Origin: Syntrophorhabdaceae bacterium | Lineage (GTDB): Bacteria; Desulfobacterota; Syntrophorhabdia; Syntrophorhabdales; Syntrophorhabdaceae | NCBI GenBank assembly: GCA_963666485.2 | Contig: CAXXUO010000009.1 | Coordinates: 352,001-416,000, forward strand | Reading direction: 5' to 3' | DNA length: 64,000 nt | Part shown: piece after piece, positions 26,649-36,455 of the stretch | Layout of the letters: each line of letters opens with the position of its first letter | Position numbering within the stretch: position 1 is the stretch's first letter | The notes under the pieces: model-generated | Told to the model about the DNA's origin: nothing | Seen by the model: only the letters and a program-made list of their open reading frames with translations | Databases searched by the model: none | Made by a program: the position numbers and the translations under genes

Positions 26649-27905
26649 ATGCTTAAACCCTTCGAAATCTGCTCCATCAGACCCCCGACGGAAAATTTCA
26701 GCCTGACGTTCAGGCTTACGCGGAATTGCGGGTGGAACCGGTGCCTTTTTTGTCCCGTTTACAAGCAGGGGGTTAAGTTTTCACGGCGCAGCCTCGATGA
26801 AATAAAGGAGGACGTCGATAGGGCGAAGGCAATCGACGATGTCCTGATGCAGGTCCTGGCACATTCACCGGGACAGGATATTTTTCAGGTCGCCGGCGAT
26901 CTCATTCGGCAGATACGGAGGGATGAAGCTACCGCCGGGCGGGCGTCAGCGGCGGGTGAAGGAGAAGAAGACAGCGGCGGATCCGACAACTGGTTCGCAT
27001 CGTGGTTCAAGGATAAGCCCACGATCGAGGACAGTGTCCAGCACGTCGCATCCTGGCGGTATGGTGCCGGGAACACGTGTTTTCTCGGCGACTCGAATTC
27101 CCTTGTGCTCAAACCGGAATTTTTTCATGAAGCAGTTTCCTATATAAGATCTGTTTTCCCCGAGCTCAAACGCTTCACCATCTACGGCAGGACAAAGTCA
27201 GCGTCTGAAATGACCCTCGAAGATCTCCGCATCTTCAGGGATGCCGGCCTTGACCGCATCCATTTCGGCATGGAAAGCGGGTGCGATGAGGTGCTGGCTT
27301 TCATGAAAAAGGGGGTGACCGGGGAAGAACATATATCGGGGTGCCGAAAGACCATTGAAGCGGGCATATCCTGCGGCGTCTATGTCATGCCCGGGCTCGG
27401 CGGAGCGAAATGGTCAGAGAAACATGCGCACGATACCGCACGTGTCATCAGTGCAAGTTCGCCCGATTACGTGCGCTTAAGGACCCTTGAGATATTTCCC
27501 GGTACGCGCCTCGCGGATGCCGCTCTCGACGGGACGTTCATCGAGGCGACCGAGGAACAGGTCGTGCGCGAGATACGAACGCTCGTCGATAGCATTGACA
27601 CGGACACGCAGATCGTCAGCGACAGTGCGTCGAATCTGCTCGACGTATCAGGGCGCCTGCCGGGCGACCGTCCCGGAATGCTTGCCGTTATCGACGAATA
27701 CCTCAACTTGTCTCCCCGGGAAAAGCTGGAATTCAGCCTGGCATCACGCCTGCAATCATTTGTCGGCCAGTACGGCGGGGTAACGCAGGAGATCATGCGG
27801 GCGATCATGCCCTTTATCGATGGCAACAGCATAAACCTCGGCCGCGCGCCGGACGATGAGGTTGTGAGCGCCATCCGCCTCATCCGTTCCCGGCTTATGC
27901 CTTAA
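26649..27905 (+). CDS. radical SAM protein
   Basis: IRPPTE, CGWNRCLFC cysteine motif, GMESG, MPGLGG. Confidence 0.88.
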   Translation: MLKPFEICSIRPPTENFSLTFRLTRNCGWNRCLFCPVYKQGVKFSRRSLDEIKEDVDRAKAIDDVLMQVLAHSPGQDIFQVAGDLIRQIRRDEATAGRASAAGEGEEDSGGSDNWFASWFKDKPTIEDSVQHVASWRYGAGNTCFLGDSNSLVLKPEFFHEAVSYIRSVFPELKRFTIYGRTKSASEMTLEDLRIFRDAGLDRIHFGMESGCDEVLAFMKKGVTGEEHISGCRKTIEAGISCGVYVMPGLGGAKWSEKHAHDTARVISASSPDYVRLRTLEIFPGTRLADAALDGTFIEATEEQVVREIRTLVDSIDTDTQIVSDSASNLLDVSGRLPGDRPGMLAVIDEYLNLSPREKLEFSLASRLQSFVGQYGGVTQEIMRAIMPFIDGNSINLGRAPDDEVVSAIRLIRSRLMP

Positions 27906-27966
27906 AAGCCCCTACCGAACTAAATAAGTTGCTCCTTTGCTACGGTGCGGATATAATTGTCGCAGC

Positions 27967-29367
27967 ATGGCGTTCGAAGATTTCTTGCGCGATATCAGGG
28001 AACTGCTCAACACTGACCAGATCATTATCGATCACGATAACCTGTCACATTTTTCCTATGACGCGACGGAGAGGCATTCCCTGCCCGAGGCCGCCGTCCT
28101 CCCCGAGAACACGGAACAGGTTTCGCACGTTCTGCGATGCTGTTACCGGCACAACGTCGCGGTCACTCCCCAGGGCGGGAGAACGGGCCTGTCCGGAGGC
28201 GCGGTACCGGTAACCGGCGGCATTGTCCTCGCCTTCCCGCGGATGAACAGGATCCTCGAGATCGACGAGGCAAACATGTTTGCCGTTGTTGAGCCGGGGG
28301 TCATATCAAACAATCTTCAAAAGGCCCTCAACGAGCGGGGGCTTTTCTTCCCGCCGGACCCGTCGAGCACTGTCGACAGCACGCTCGGAGGTAATGTCGC
28401 GGAAAATGCCGGATATACGCGGGCTGTCAAATACGGCGTTACCCGGGATTATGTCCGCGGGATCGAAGCCGTGCTCCCATCCGGCGATGTTATCACTCTC
28501 GGCGGGAAAACCCTCAAGAATGTGGCAGGATACGACCTCATCTCACTGATCACCGGTTCGGAGGGTACGCTGGCGGTGATAACGAAGATCACCCTGCGCA
28601 TCCTGACGCGGCCGCGCGTTCGCCGGACGGTTGTCGCGTATCTCGATGACCTGGTCTCGGCTGCCGACCTCATCGTCGCCATCTTCAGGTCCGGTATGAT
28701 GCCCTGTGCGGTAGAACTCATGGACACGATCGCTATAAACAATGTCGCCGATTACCTCGGCGTCCCTCTTAACCGGACGGCCGCGGCCATGGTGCTTATT
28801 GAAATGGACGGACATGACGAAAGTGCTGTCAATAACGAGGCCCGGGAAATGCACACCCTGTGCGCGAACTCTCCCGGTACTTTCGATGTGCACTTCGCGC
28901 CGGATGACGCCGCGGCAGACAAGTTCTGGCTGGCGCGCCGGGAGGTGCTGCCATCGCTCAAGGCGCTGGGGAAGGACCACCTCGAGGCGGATGTTGCGGT
29001 CCCCCGTTACCAGCTTCCTTACCTTGTCCGGTTCATACGGTCGCTCGGACACAGCGATGCCCTGCGCATAGCGACCTACGGCCACGCGGGAGACGGCAAC
29101 CTCCATGTCACGATACTCTACCGGCGCCGGAATTTCGCCGAGCTTGACGAGGCATACCGGCTGCTTGAAGAGATCTATCGCGAAACGATAGACATGGGAG
29201 GAACTCTCACCGGCGAGCACGGGGTGGGCCTTACGGTCATGGATTATCTTCCCCTGCAGCTCGGCGGCGATGCATTGCTTCTCATGAAGAGGATCAAGGA
29301 CGCCTTCGATCCGAAGGGCCTTTTGAATCCGGGCAAGATATTCAAAGAACCGGACGCCCAAAAATAA
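27967..29367 (+). CDS. FAD-linked oxidase, GlcD/D-lactate dehydrogenase family
   Basis: GGRTGLSGGA, FPPDPSS, GSEGTL, GHAGDGNLH, GEHGVG, LNPGKI. Confidence 0.92.
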   Translation: MAFEDFLRDIRELLNTDQIIIDHDNLSHFSYDATERHSLPEAAVLPENTEQVSHVLRCCYRHNVAVTPQGGRTGLSGGAVPVTGGIVLAFPRMNRILEIDEANMFAVVEPGVISNNLQKALNERGLFFPPDPSSTVDSTLGGNVAENAGYTRAVKYGVTRDYVRGIEAVLPSGDVITLGGKTLKNVAGYDLISLITGSEGTLAVITKITLRILTRPRVRRTVVAYLDDLVSAADLIVAIFRSGMMPCAVELMDTIAINNVADYLGVPLNRTAAAMVLIEMDGHDESAVNNEAREMHTLCANSPGTFDVHFAPDDAAADKFWLARREVLPSLKALGKDHLEADVAVPRYQLPYLVRFIRSLGHSDALRIATYGHAGDGNLHVTILYRRRNFAELDEAYRLLEEIYRETIDMGGTLTGEHGVGLTVMDYLPLQLGGDALLLMKRIKDAFDPKGLLNPGKIFKEPDAQK

Positions 29368-29430
29368 ATATGCGGGTATACCGTAGAAATACTTGTAATC
29401 ACATGATATAATCGGTAGAGTCTTTAAGGC

Positions 29431-31206
29431 ATGGTCCAAAAGAACCCGGACAAGAACGACATATATCAGGCTTTTTTTCAATCGTCAGAGATAGCCGCGA
29501 TAATCGCCGACTCCGACGGGGCGATACTACACGCAAACCGGCAATTCCTCAAGCTTTCTAAATACAGAAAAACAGAGATACATAAGAAGGCATGGCCGGA
29601 ACTGATCGTCAGCGCCGACCTGACCAAAACGAAGGAGCACCGCGAATTTATCGACAACAACGGCCCCGACACGGCGCAAAGCACGAATTTCAAGCTCGCC
29701 TTGAGGGACGGTTCCGTCCGGGATGTGCTGATAATCCGCAATCGGCTGAAGGACAAAGGGTATCTGGCGGTATCATTTATCGATATTACCGAGTACGTCA
29801 AAGCCGGAAAACGGATAAGCATCAGTGAGGAAAAATACCGGTCGCTTATCGAATCTACCGATGATTCCGTCTATATGGTCGACCGGGAATGCAGGTATCT
29901 TTTTGTCAACAGGCAGGTACTCGGCCGTCTCGGCATCGATGAAGCCGATATGATAGGCAGGCGATACGCCGACTTTCACAATGCCGATGACAGCTTTGAT
30001 TTTACCGGGTACGTGGAAAAGGTTTTTGAATGGAACACGTCGCTGAGTTACGAACATAAGAGCGACAACGGGAAACGATGTACGTTGAGGACGCTGAGCC
30101 CAATACTGGACCCAAAGACCGGTGAGATAAAATGCGTTGCCGTCATATCGAAAGATATCACCGAGCTTAAGAAGACGGAGGAGAAACTAAAATATCTCAG
30201 TCTGCACGATCCCCTGACCAATCTTTACAACCGTGCGTACTTCGAAGAGGAAATGCACCGGCTCGACAATAGCCGCTTTGAATTGGTCGGCCTGATCATG
30301 TGCGACATAGACGGGTTGAAGCTTATCAACGATACGCTGGGGCACGAGAAAGGTGACGAACTTCTCATGAGGGCCTCCCATATCATCAGGAAGTCTTTCC
30401 GGGAAAACGACGTCGTTGCGCGCGTCGGGGGCGATGAATTCGCAGTCCTCCTTCCCAACACCCCCCGTTCCAAGGTTGAAGAGATATGCGCCAGGATAAA
30501 AAGCAGCATTGCGGATTATAACAAGAAGAACCGCAGCCTGCCGCTCGGCATCTCCATCGGCTTTTCCATCCGCAGCGGGCCCGGTCAGAGCATGGCCGAA
30601 TTATACCGGGAAGCCGACAACGGCATGTACAAGGAAAAGCTGTTCGGAAGCCAGCAGTTCCGGGGTGTGATAGTGACCAACCTCCTCAGCACGATCGAGG
30701 ACATCGGCATCACAACCCGACACTCGGCGCGCAGGTTGAAAAAACTGGTCACAGCCCTGGGAGAAGCGGTCGGACTTCCCGAAAAAAGGATGAAGGACCT
30801 GGTCCTCCTTGCCCAGTTTCACGATATTGGAAATATCGGAGTTCACCACCGGACGCTTCTCAAGGAGGGGGTCCTGACCCCGGACGAGCTCGTTGAAATT
30901 CGCAAGCATTGCGACATTGGCCATCGTATCGCCCAGTCGTCAGCCAGTCTGACCCATATCGCGGAACATATCCTCAAACATCATGAATGGTGGAACGGGG
31001 GCGGATACCCGTTAGGTATTTCGGGCGATGACATCCCCCTCGAAAGCCGCATCATAGCCATCGCCGATGCGTACGAAGCGATGACCGGCGGGCGGCCGCA
31101 CCGTAAAGCGATCTCCAGGAAGAAGGCCCTCCAGGAATTGAAAGATTGCGCGGGCAAACAGTTCGATCCTGAACTGGTCACGGCATTCGTCCAGGCCATA
31201 TCCTAG
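29431..31206 (+). CDS. PAS-PAS-GGDEF-HD-GYP cyclic di-GMP enzyme
   Basis: Intact GGDEF; HDIG and HHEWWNGGGYP. Confidence 0.92.
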   Translation: MVQKNPDKNDIYQAFFQSSEIAAIIADSDGAILHANRQFLKLSKYRKTEIHKKAWPELIVSADLTKTKEHREFIDNNGPDTAQSTNFKLALRDGSVRDVLIIRNRLKDKGYLAVSFIDITEYVKAGKRISISEEKYRSLIESTDDSVYMVDRECRYLFVNRQVLGRLGIDEADMIGRRYADFHNADDSFDFTGYVEKVFEWNTSLSYEHKSDNGKRCTLRTLSPILDPKTGEIKCVAVISKDITELKKTEEKLKYLSLHDPLTNLYNRAYFEEEMHRLDNSRFELVGLIMCDIDGLKLINDTLGHEKGDELLMRASHIIRKSFRENDVVARVGGDEFAVLLPNTPRSKVEEICARIKSSIADYNKKNRSLPLGISIGFSIRSGPGQSMAELYREADNGMYKEKLFGSQQFRGVIVTNLLSTIEDIGITTRHSARRLKKLVTALGEAVGLPEKRMKDLVLLAQFHDIGNIGVHHRTLLKEGVLTPDELVEIRKHCDIGHRIAQSSASLTHIAEHILKHHEWWNGGGYPLGISGDDIPLESRIIAIADAYEAMTGGRPHRKAISRKKALQELKDCAGKQFDPELVTAFVQAIS

Positions 31207-31214
31207 AATATTAT

Positions 31215-32837
31215 TTAAAGAAAAAGATCTGTGAATGCGAAGCGTTCGCCGTCAAAAAGACCCCTGTCGCTTAGTTTGAGCTTCGGTATGACAACGAGCG
31301 CCATGAAAGAGAGCGTCATGAAGGGTGCACTGAGGGAACATCCCAGTTCGTGGGCGAGCATATTCATGCGGCTGTATTTCTGCGCGACGCTGTAGCCGTC
31401 ATCATCGGACATTATCCCGGCTACCTGCAGGGGCAGCACCATCTTCATATCGTCAGAAACAAGTGAGATCCCCCCTCTTTTTTCGATAACGCAATTGACC
31501 GCCTGACAGAGCATGTCATCGGACGTGCCCACGACAATAATGTTATGCGAATCGTGGGCTATCGACGAGGCCATAGCGCCTTTCTTGAGGTTGAATCCCC
31601 GTATGAATGCAACGGCGGGCGGCCCGTCGGAATAACGGTTGACGACGGATATCTTGAGAAGATCGTTGCTGGTATCGCACATCAGCTTGCCGTCCTTCAC
31701 AGGGACATCAGCGGTCGATGAACCGGTGATCAGCTGCCCGTCGATGGCCTCGATGACGCGAACCGACCCCGATGTCCCTCGGACGGCGAAGTCATCCGGT
31801 TGTTTTACCGATGCGTTGAAAACGTTGATGGGCTTCGGTGCCGTATGCGCGATCCTGCTCATGCCGTCCTCGGCAACAATCTGTCCCCGCACTATCGTCT
31901 TCAAGACGTTAAACGACTCAAGGTTATCGACGACGATCATGTCCGCCGGGTCCGATACGCGCAGCAGGCCGACATTGAGCCCGTAATGCCCGACGGGATT
32001 GACGCATGCGCATCGCAGTACTTTCATAAGGTCAATCCCCCTGCGCACCGCGCGCTCAACGAGCAGGTTGATATGTCCGCGCACAAGCATGTCGGGATGC
32101 GTATCGTCGGTACACAGCATGCATTGCCCGGGATGGTCCGTGATCAGAGTACAGAGCGTATCGAAATTCCTGACTGCCGAGCCTTCCCGGATAAGTATTT
32201 TCATGCCGAGAGACAACTTTTCCCGGGCCTCTTCGATCTCGAACGACTCGTGGTCGGTCGATATGCCGGCCTCTACATAAGCCCGGAGAGCTTCGCCGCG
32301 AAGTCCCGGTGCGTGGCCATCGACAGGTTTACCCGCTGCCCGTGCGGCTTCCAGCTTCGCGATCACCTCCGGGTCGCCATTGATAACCCCGGGGTAATTC
32401 ATCATCTCACCCAGGTACCCGATGTCATCCCTTAGCAGGAGGCGTTCTATTTCGGCGGCCCCAATATGGGAACCGGATGTCTCGAAGGGGCTCGCCGGTA
32501 CACATGACGGGGCGCCGAACGAAAAAATAAAGGGCAGTCCCGACCCGCTCTCTATCATATAATCGATCCCCGGCAATCCCATGACATTCGCGATCTCGTG
32601 CGGGTCGGATACGCTGGCGACAGTTCCGTGGACGACGGCGATCCGGGCAAAACCGGCCGGGGTCAGCATGGAACTCTCGATGTGAATGTGTGAATCAACA
32701 AATCCGGGCAGGATATACCTGTCGGACCAGTACCTTTCCCGCTCGATCCCCGTGATGATGCCGCCCTCCATCCGGACAGTACCGGGAAAGATGGTCTCGT
32801 TGTGGATATCGACGATATTACCGGATACGCTGGTCAT
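31215..32837 (-). CDS. ade: adenine deaminase
   Basis: PGFVDSHIHIESS, DPHEIANV, DGHAPG, TDHE, AHDSHN. Confidence 0.95.
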   Translation of the reverse strand: MTSVSGNIVDIHNETIFPGTVRMEGGIITGIERERYWSDRYILPGFVDSHIHIESSMLTPAGFARIAVVHGTVASVSDPHEIANVMGLPGIDYMIESGSGLPFIFSFGAPSCVPASPFETSGSHIGAAEIERLLLRDDIGYLGEMMNYPGVINGDPEVIAKLEAARAAGKPVDGHAPGLRGEALRAYVEAGISTDHESFEIEEAREKLSLGMKILIREGSAVRNFDTLCTLITDHPGQCMLCTDDTHPDMLVRGHINLLVERAVRRGIDLMKVLRCACVNPVGHYGLNVGLLRVSDPADMIVVDNLESFNVLKTIVRGQIVAEDGMSRIAHTAPKPINVFNASVKQPDDFAVRGTSGSVRVIEAIDGQLITGSSTADVPVKDGKLMCDTSNDLLKISVVNRYSDGPPAVAFIRGFNLKKGAMASSIAHDSHNIIVVGTSDDMLCQAVNCVIEKRGGISLVSDDMKMVLPLQVAGIMSDDDGYSVAQKYSRMNMLAHELGCSLSAPFMTLSFMALVVIPKLKLSDRGLFDGERFAFTDLFL

Positions 32838-32881
32838 TCATTCCTTCCCTGGTGCCGCCCCCTTCCGGGGCCGCGTTTCGA

Positions 32882-32947
32882 TAAAAAAATAACCGGCAGC
32901 CGCCCAAGGGATCAACATATATCGATCGTTTGGCGGCTGGCGGTTAT
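32882..32947 (-). terminator. intrinsic terminator after cysS-porC
   Basis: ataaccggcagccgcc...ggcggctggcggttat hairpin with T-run on the minus strand. Confidence 0.65.
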
Positions 32948-32972
32948 CTCGCAATGCCTCGCGTTACGTCCG

Positions 32973-33524
32973 CTACTCCGCGGTGATTGTCACTGCCTCG
33001 TTATACGCCCGGGTATACGCATTGATATTCTTCTGCCCGTTGACGCCGAAACGGCTGCGGACAGGCTCTTCGAGGGCGCTGAGGTCGACCACTTTCGTCG
33101 CCAGGACCAGGGCCCCGAGCATCGTCGTGTTCGTGATAGGAACGCCAAGCTCTTCCTTGGCTATCTTCGACGCGTCCACCGCCACGATATTGTGGCCGGG
33201 AAATGCCTTTTTCAGTTCCTCTACCGATTTATTGCTATTGATGATGATATAACCACCCTTCTTCAGTCCTGCGGTCGGGTTCGCGGATTCTATCAGCGTC
33301 GGGTCGAGTATCAGGACGCTGTCGGGTTTGTACACTTTAGACCTTAAGCGGATCGGTTTGTCCGACACGCGTAAAAAAGCCTGTACCGGTGCGCCGCGGC
33401 GCTCCGGCCCGAAGCTCGGGAAAGCCTGCGCTGTCATGCCCTGCTTGATCGCTGCCTGGGCGATGATCTCCGCAGATGTTACGGCCCCCTGTCCGCCCCT
33501 TCCATGAAATCTGACTTCTAGCAT
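32973..33524 (-). CDS. 2-oxoacid:ferredoxin oxidoreductase gamma subunit
   Basis: EVRFHGRGGQGAVT, FPSFGPERRGAPV, NTTMLGA. Confidence 0.92.
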   Translation of the reverse strand: MLEVRFHGRGGQGAVTSAEIIAQAAIKQGMTAQAFPSFGPERRGAPVQAFLRVSDKPIRLRSKVYKPDSVLILDPTLIESANPTAGLKKGGYIIINSNKSVEELKKAFPGHNIVAVDASKIAKEELGVPITNTTMLGALVLATKVVDLSALEEPVRSRFGVNGQKNINAYTRAYNEAVTITAE

Positions 33525-33537
33525 ATCTCTTCTCCTT

Positions 33538-34983
33538 TTAAGAAACTGAAGTTTTTATACGCCACTGTGTGCCTTGAGGAGTGTCAAGAAGCATGATCCC
33601 TTTTTCGGCCAGCATATTTCTTATCTCGTCCGCTTTCTGGAAATTCTTGGCTTTGCGCGCCTCGATCCGGTCACGAATGGCATTCTCGACGAACGAGGCG
33701 TCGAGGCCCATGCGTGCAAGATGACGCATCTTTGCCTGATTTTCAAAAGATTCGAAACTGTCTTCCAGGAGTCCCAAAGTCCCGGCGAGGGACTCGAACA
33801 TCTGGTTTGCGGATGCTATGAGCGGCAGCGCGCCCGCATCCTTATCATCGAGCATCCGGTTTATCTCTTTTGAAAGCTCGAATATATGGGAGAGTGCCAG
33901 GGCCGTATTGAAATCGTCATCCATGGCCTCAATGAATTTCTTGTTTATCTCTTCTGCCTGTTCGAAACTGCGGGCCTCGAAGCTTTTTCCCTTCTGGGCC
34001 TCGAGCGCCCTGTGCCGGGTGTAATAAAGCCGCTGGAGCGCAGTATTCACGTCATCGATCGATTGGCCGTTATAATCGACGGGGCTGCGATAGTGGTTCG
34101 AGAGATAGAAGAGCCGAAGCGCCTCGGGATGATAGTCTTTCAGGAATTCCTTGATCGACAGCGTGTTGCCTATCGACTTCGACATCTTTTCCCGGTCAAT
34201 GTTGACAAAACCGTTATGCACCCAGTAATTCACAAATTTCTGACCGGTTGCTGCTTCGGTCTGCGCCTTTTCATTCTCATGGTGCGGGAATACAAGGTCT
34301 TTTCCACCGCCGTGGATATCGAAAGGATTGCCGAGGAACAACGTGCTCATGGCGGAACATTCGATATGCCATCCCGGCCGCCCCTTCCCGAACGGGGCAT
34401 CCCATGACGGCTCACCTTCTTTCGATGCCTTCCAGAGGGCGAAATCGAGTGGGTTCCTCTTCTTTTCGTCGACGTCGACCCGGGCGCCGGACATCATTTC
34501 GTCTAGCGGCCGTTTCGAGAGTTGGCCATAGTTCCTGAAACTGTCCACGGAAAAATAGACATCACCGTCGATATTGTAGGCATGGCCCTTTTTTATCAGC
34601 GAATCGACCAGGGTTATCATATCGCCGATATGATCGGTCGCGCGGGGTTCATGGGTAGGCCGCATAATGCCCAAGGCGTCCATGTCCTCGTAAAATGAAG
34701 CGATATATTTCTGGCCGACTTCCTGCCAGGGTATGTTTTCCTCGTGGGACCTGCGGATGATCTTGTCATCGATATCTGTGAAATTCCTGACATAGGTCAC
34801 GTCATAGCCCTTCGACCGCAAATACCGGTACATGGTATCGAAAACTATGGCACTCCGGGCATGGCCTATGTGGCAGTGGTCATACACGGTCACACCACAG
34901 ACGTAGAGTTTTACCGCGCCCTCGGTTATGGGGGTAAAATCTTCTTTTTTTCCGGATATTGTATTGTAAACCTTCAGGGCCAT
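33538..34983 (-). CDS. cysS: cysteine--tRNA ligase
   Basis: CGVTVYD, HIGH, GRPGWHIECS, KMSKS; start at MALKVYNT. Confidence 0.97.
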   Translation of the reverse strand: MALKVYNTISGKKEDFTPITEGAVKLYVCGVTVYDHCHIGHARSAIVFDTMYRYLRSKGYDVTYVRNFTDIDDKIIRRSHEENIPWQEVGQKYIASFYEDMDALGIMRPTHEPRATDHIGDMITLVDSLIKKGHAYNIDGDVYFSVDSFRNYGQLSKRPLDEMMSGARVDVDEKKRNPLDFALWKASKEGEPSWDAPFGKGRPGWHIECSAMSTLFLGNPFDIHGGGKDLVFPHHENEKAQTEAATGQKFVNYWVHNGFVNIDREKMSKSIGNTLSIKEFLKDYHPEALRLFYLSNHYRSPVDYNGQSIDDVNTALQRLYYTRHRALEAQKGKSFEARSFEQAEEINKKFIEAMDDDFNTALALSHIFELSKEINRMLDDKDAGALPLIASANQMFESLAGTLGLLEDSFESFENQAKMRHLARMGLDASFVENAIRDRIEARKAKNFQKADEIRNMLAEKGIMLLDTPQGTQWRIKTSVS

Positions 34984-34997
34984 AGCGTTGACCGTAA

Positions 34998-35027
34998 TAT
35001 TTACCATAGCTATCGCGGACTTGTCAA
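34998..35027 (-). promoter_or_regulatory. putative sigma-70 promoter of cysS
   Basis: TTGACA-N18-TAAATA with extended TG on the minus strand. Confidence 0.4.
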
Positions 35028-35037
35028 AGCAATTGAA

Positions 35038-36393
35038 TCAGGGGCAGCGGCCTTCTTTCAGGTTTTGCGCCCCCGTGCGGAAGTTTTGCACAAGCCCCGC
35101 AAGGAGGTTCCGATAATAGGGAATGGACCCTTCCGCGGCATTGGTTATCATCTCGTTCGCCTTCATCGCATTCACATGGTCACGGATGGTAGGCACGCCA
35201 TTGCCGGACATCGGTCCGGCTTCTCTCGCCCTTAATGCACCTACCTCCCGGGGCAGTTTACTTTCGTATAACATCTGGAAGGCATCTATTGCCGCGAGGT
35301 ATTTATCGACGGCATCGGGAGGAATATCCTTCAGGATACCTTCCTTATTTGCCAGCTGGAGATAGCTGCAGGCCATATCGACAAACCCCGCGAGACCGAT
35401 CATGAAGAAATCGAGTTTATCGAGGGCGGATGCCGGTTCTTTCGCCTTCGCAACGCTCATCATAACGGCTGCAACCTGCCGGACCCGGGACAGAAAGATC
35501 CATTCCCGGGCGCACGCGGCGGCATGCTGCAGGATGTGCCCGACAAGATGAACGATATTACTCTCCGATAATGTTCCGATATCGCATTGCTTCGAAAACA
35601 TCTTCACCGACCGTTCAATGTCGCTTCGTTTCAGAGTATCCAGGATATCCTTGTGGCCCTCCAGAAGATCTTCCCTCAGGGAAGGCGGTATCCTGGACAG
35701 TGCATCGATAATGAAATCCGGAAAAATTTCGTCCAGAAGGTGAATCTGCTCCGATGGCCCGGTCGCTGACTCCCCGGGCACATTGGCAGACCGGGACCTT
35801 TCCCGCATAAATTTTTGAAAGATCGGCTCGATCTTGCCCGACCGGTCCATCTCCTTGACCAGGGGATCATATCGTACCGGGTCTTGCCTGGCGGCCGAGA
35901 CGATCTCCGACGCCTTTCTCAAGGTATTGTAGTGCAGGCCAACGGCCTCGGCCGCATGAGACCTGGCGGACCTGTGACAGCGGTCCTTTTCCGGGCCGCC
36001 CGGTACCGTGCCGACGGGGTTTGATAGCGAGGATACCTTTTCCGGTGCTATCTGGCCTGCAATGCCCATCCGCTTACGTTCTTCCTTGAGCGCCTCGAAA
36101 ATGGCTACCTTCTCCGATATCGTGAAATCCAGCCTGCATGTGTTCTCATCGTGCTCGCCGCGGATGATGCTGTCAATATCAATAAGGTTTACATGAACCC
36201 CCTCGGTCAGTTCCGTAATGCCCAGCTCTTCGAGCGCTTTCAGCCGGCGAAACCCCGCGACAAGTTCGTTCGTCCCTTTTTTGATGACGATCGGTTGAAG
36301 AAGCCCGACATCCGATATCGATCTTTTCAGAGACCCAATATCCCCCACGACCGTTCTATGCCTCTTCCCGATGATGATATCTTTTATTTCCAT
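35038..36393 (-). CDS. ParB/Srx N-terminal domain protein with HTH and long unknown C-terminus
   Basis: RBS AAGGAGG; GLLQPIVI..LVAGFRRLKA, DENTCR, AAEAVGLHYNTL. Confidence 0.85.
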   Translation of the reverse strand: MEIKDIIIGKRHRTVVGDIGSLKRSISDVGLLQPIVIKKGTNELVAGFRRLKALEELGITELTEGVHVNLIDIDSIIRGEHDENTCRLDFTISEKVAIFEALKEERKRMGIAGQIAPEKVSSLSNPVGTVPGGPEKDRCHRSARSHAAEAVGLHYNTLRKASEIVSAARQDPVRYDPLVKEMDRSGKIEPIFQKFMRERSRSANVPGESATGPSEQIHLLDEIFPDFIIDALSRIPPSLREDLLEGHKDILDTLKRSDIERSVKMFSKQCDIGTLSESNIVHLVGHILQHAAACAREWIFLSRVRQVAAVMMSVAKAKEPASALDKLDFFMIGLAGFVDMACSYLQLANKEGILKDIPPDAVDKYLAAIDAFQMLYESKLPREVGALRAREAGPMSGNGVPTIRDHVNAMKANEMITNAAEGSIPYYRNLLAGLVQNFRTGAQNLKEGRCP

Positions 36394-36425
36394 ATGCCTC
36401 CTTTAATCTCTCAAGGTCCGCAGTG

Positions 36426-36442
36426 CTGTACAATTTGTACAG
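36426..36442. promoter_or_regulatory. perfect palindrome upstream of parB-like gene (candidate operator/parS-like site)
   Basis: CTGTACAA-T-TTGTACAG in a 62-bp intergenic gap. Confidence 0.4.
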
Positions 36443-36455
36443 GGGCCTTCCTCTC

